Shown here piece after piece: positions 6,261 to 10,070 of a stretch of 10,070 nt of DNA. The notes below the pieces were generated by a model, which saw only the letters and a program-made list of their open reading frames with translations, searched no databases and was not told the DNA's origin. A program made the position numbers and the translations under genes. Within the stretch, counting starts at the first letter, position 1, and every line of letters starts with the position of its first letter. Location of the stretch: the NCBI GenBank assembly GCA_041497895.1, contig JBGQHJ010000167.1, positions 1-10,070 on the forward strand, given 5' to 3'. The DNA is from Candidatus Methylomirabilia bacterium (GTDB taxonomy: Bacteria; Methylomirabilota; Methylomirabilia; Rokubacteriales; CSP1-6).

Positions 6261-6548
6261 ATGGCCCCCCGTCTCCCGGAGCTGATCAAGCGCGCGAGGC
6301 GATTGGCGCACGAGCGCGATCGCCTGGTGCAGGAGCTGGCGCGCGAGTGGAGCGCGGCCCTGCGCGGCCAGGGATTCTCCCCTCGCGACCTCGACGAGCT
6401 GTGGGCCGGCCTCACCGAGGACGCGGTGCGACGGCTCCTGCACGTGCGGGCGGAGGGCGCGAGCGCCGAGGCCATCCGGCGCGAGGCCAACGAGGTGATC
6501 GCGCGGGTGAAGGAGCGCGTGGAGACCGAGCTTGCCGCGGGCGGGTAG
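6261..6548 (+). CDS. Small helical hypothetical protein
   Basis: SD AAGGAG in the upstream gene end (6246-6251), ATG at 6261, 95 aa with amphipathic helical, charged composition. Fills the gap in a tight gene run. Confidence 0.65.
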   Translation: MAPRLPELIKRARRLAHERDRLVQELAREWSAALRGQGFSPRDLDELWAGLTEDAVRRLLHVRAEGASAEAIRREANEVIARVKERVETELAAGG

Positions 6549-6576
6549 GGGCGGCCCCACGGGCGGCGCGGCGGAC

Positions 6577-7953
<1,377 letters not shown>

Positions 7954-7965
7954 CCCGACCGCCGC

Positions 7966-9900
7966 ATGCGACACGTCGTCGTCGGGACCGCCGGCCACAT
8001 CGACCACGGCAAGACGTCGCTGGTCAAGGCGCTCACCGGCACCGACACGGACCGGCTGCCCGAGGAGAAGGCGCGCGGCATCACCATCGACCTCGGCTTC
8101 GCGTTCCTGGAGGAGGCGGGGGAGCTCGTCATCGAGATCGTCGACGTACCCGGGCACGAGCGGTTCGTCCGCAACATGCTGGCCGGCGCCGGCGGCATCG
8201 ACCTGGCCCTCCTGGTCGTCGCCGCCGACGAGGGGGTGATGCCGCAGACCCGCGAGCACCTCGCGATCTGTCAGATCCTGCGCATCAAGTCCGGGCTCGT
8301 GGTCCTGAGCAAGGCGGACCTGGCCGAGCCCGACTGGATCGAGCTCGTCCGCGACGACGTGCGCCGCGCGGTCGCCGACACCTTCCTGGCCGGCCGTCCG
8401 ATTCTGCCGGTGTCGGTGAAGACGGGCGCGGGGCTCCCCGAGCTGCGGGCCGCGCTCGCCGAGCTGGCCCGGGCGGTGCCGCCCAAGGATCCGGATCGCA
8501 CCGCGCGGCTGCCGATCGACCGGGTGTTCACCGTCAAGGGATTCGGCACCGTGGTGACTGGGACCCTCGTGGCGGGCCGCCTCGCGATCGACGAGAAGGT
8601 CGAGGTGTACCCGCGGGGCGTGCAGTCGAAGGTCCGTGGCCTGCAGGTGCACGGCCACGCGGTCGAGCGCGCGACCGCCGGGCAGCGCACCGCGGTGAAC
8701 CTGCAGGGGGTGGAGCGCGCCGCGATCGAGCGGGGCGACGTCCTCGCGCCCGCCGGCACCCTGGTTCCCACCCTGCTGCTGGACGGCACGCTCGAGCTGC
8801 TGGAGGACGCGCCGCGTCCGATCAAGACGCGCGATCGCATCCGCTTCCACGCGGGCACCCAGGAGGTCATGGCGCGGGTCCTTCCGGTGGGCCGGGCCGA
8901 GCTCGAGCCCGGGCAGTCCTGCCCGGCGCGCTTCCGCCTCGAATCCCCGCTGGTGGCGCTGCCCGGCGACCGCTTCGTGGCGCGCTCCTACTCGCCCATC
9001 GTCACCATCGGGGGCGGGACCATCCTCGACATCGCCCCGCCTCGCTTCAAGCGGAAGGGGCCGGCGCTCGCGGAGCACCTGGCGCTGCTGGCCACCGGCG
9101 AGCCGGCCCAGGTGCTGGAGGAGCATCTCCGGCATGCGGGCGTCGCGGGAGTGCGGGCCGTCGACCTGCGGGCCCGGACGCCCTTCGGCCCCCAGCAGCT
9201 GCGCGAGCTCCTGGACGGGCTCCAGCAGGCGGGCCGCATCGTGGCGGTGGATCGTGAGTGGTATCTGCACCGGGACGCGAGCGACCGCCTCCGCTCCCAG
9301 ACCCTGGCGCTGCTCGAGGTCTTTCACGAAGAGAACCCGCTCCGCGGCGGGATCTCCCGCGAGGAGCTGCGCAGCCGCGTGGGGCACGCGCAGGAGCGCG
9401 TCTTCGCCCAGCTCCTGGGCGCGCTCGAGGCCGAGGGGGTGGTCCGGAGCGAGCGGGACCAGGTTCGCCTCGCCTCGCACGCGATCCGCCTGTCCCCGGA
9501 GCAGGAGCGGGTGGTGAAGGGGCTCGAGGCCGACTTCCGGAGCGCGGGCGCGGCGCCCCCGAGCCCGGAGGAGGCGCTCGCCCGGCACGGGGTCAAGGGC
9601 AACGAGAAGCACGATCTCTTCCAGGTGCTGGTCGCGGACCGGACGCTGCTCCGCGTGAGGGAGTCGCTCTTCTTCCACGCCGAGGCCCTGCGCTCCGTCC
9701 AGGAGCAGCTCGTGGCCCTCCTGCGCCAGAAGAAGGAGATCGGCCCCGCCGACTTCAAGGACCTCTTCGGGGTCAGCCGCAAGTTCGCCATCCCGCTCAT
9801 GGAGTACTTCGACGCCCAGCGCGTCACGGTCCGGGTCGGGGAGCGCCGGGTGCTGCGCGAGGGGTACGGGCGCGTTGACAACCCAGGGTCGGGCGCGTAG
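7966..9900 (+). CDS. selB: Selenocysteine-specific translation elongation factor
   Basis: G1 '[11 protein letters not shown]', '[13 protein letters not shown]', G3 'DVPGHERF', G4 'SKAD', '[17 protein letters not shown]', and a C-terminal winged-helix SECIS-binding motif '[13 protein letters not shown]'. 644 aa, directly after selA. Confidence 0.98.
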   Translation: MRHVVVGTAGHIDHGKTSLVKALTGTDTDRLPEEKARGITIDLGFAFLEEAGELVIEIVDVPGHERFVRNMLAGAGGIDLALLVVAADEGVMPQTREHLAICQILRIKSGLVVLSKADLAEPDWIELVRDDVRRAVADTFLAGRPILPVSVKTGAGLPELRAALAELARAVPPKDPDRTARLPIDRVFTVKGFGTVVTGTLVAGRLAIDEKVEVYPRGVQSKVRGLQVHGHAVERATAGQRTAVNLQGVERAAIERGDVLAPAGTLVPTLLLDGTLELLEDAPRPIKTRDRIRFHAGTQEVMARVLPVGRAELEPGQSCPARFRLESPLVALPGDRFVARSYSPIVTIGGGTILDIAPPRFKRKGPALAEHLALLATGEPAQVLEEHLRHAGVAGVRAVDLRARTPFGPQQLRELLDGLQQAGRIVAVDREWYLHRDASDRLRSQTLALLEVFHEENPLRGGISREELRSRVGHAQERVFAQLLGALEAEGVVRSERDQVRLASHAIRLSPEQERVVKGLEADFRSAGAAPPSPEEALARHGVKGNEKHDLFQVLVADRTLLRVRESLFFHAEALRSVQEQLVALLRQKKEIGPADFKDLFGVSRKFAIPLMEYFDAQRVTVRVGERRVLREGYGRVDNPGSGA

Positions 9901-9903
9901 GGT
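9875..9903 (+). promoter_or_regulatory. sigma70-type promoter for tatA, embedded in the selB 3' end
   Basis: TTGACA (9875-9880), exact 17-nt spacer, TAGGGT (9898-9903; its TAG is the selB stop codon). Confidence 0.62.
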
Positions 9904-9936
9904 AAGGGGGCGTCAGCAAAGGAAAGGAGTCCCGCC

Positions 9937-10070
9937 ATGTTCGGTCTGGGATATCAAGAGCTCCTGTTGATCCTGGTGATCGTGCTGATCCTGTTCGGCG
10001 CGCAGCGCCTGCCGGATCTCGCCCGCTCGCTCGGCAGCAGCGTCAAGGAATTCAAGAAGGGCGTGAACGA
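9937..10070 (+). CDS. tatA: Twin-arginine translocase TatA/TatE subunit, 3'-truncated by the window
   Basis: Not in the ORF track. SD (A)AAGGAG at about 9923-9929 and ATG at 9937. [44 protein letters not shown] matches the TatA TM, FG hinge and amphipathic helix ending 'FKK'. Confidence 0.93.
   Translation, partial: MFGLGYQELLLILVIVLILFGAQRLPDLARSLGSSVKEFKKGVN

Overview
Very GC-rich bacterial chromosomal window (by eye about 70% GC; lineage cannot be established from sequence alone) built around selenocysteine (Sec) biology. Left part: the 3' end of a lipid A lauroyl/acyltransferase, a secreted hypothetical protein, a small Lys/Asp/Met-rich secreted protein (minus strand), an MltD-like lytic transglycosylase and a MoaD/ThiS-family sulfur carrier ending GG-R. 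Centre: a gene that the ORF track splits in two (2726..3079 and 3080..3796) but which reads as ONE 323-aa AhpD/CMD-family selenoprotein (ATG 2825). It has an in-frame UGA in a C-N-Y-U-x-x-x-H motif, a bacterial SECIS-like hairpin immediately downstream, and a second, catalytically degenerate copy of the domain. It converges on and overlaps a pentaheme cytochrome c gene. Right part: tRNA-Sec (selC, anticodon UCA) heading an apparent operon selC - DUF3105-like - lipoprotein - hypothetical - selA - selB, followed by a partial tatA with its own sigma70-like promoter inside the selB 3' end. No selD, mobile element or CRISPR array is visible. Family assignments come from motif recognition, not database searches.
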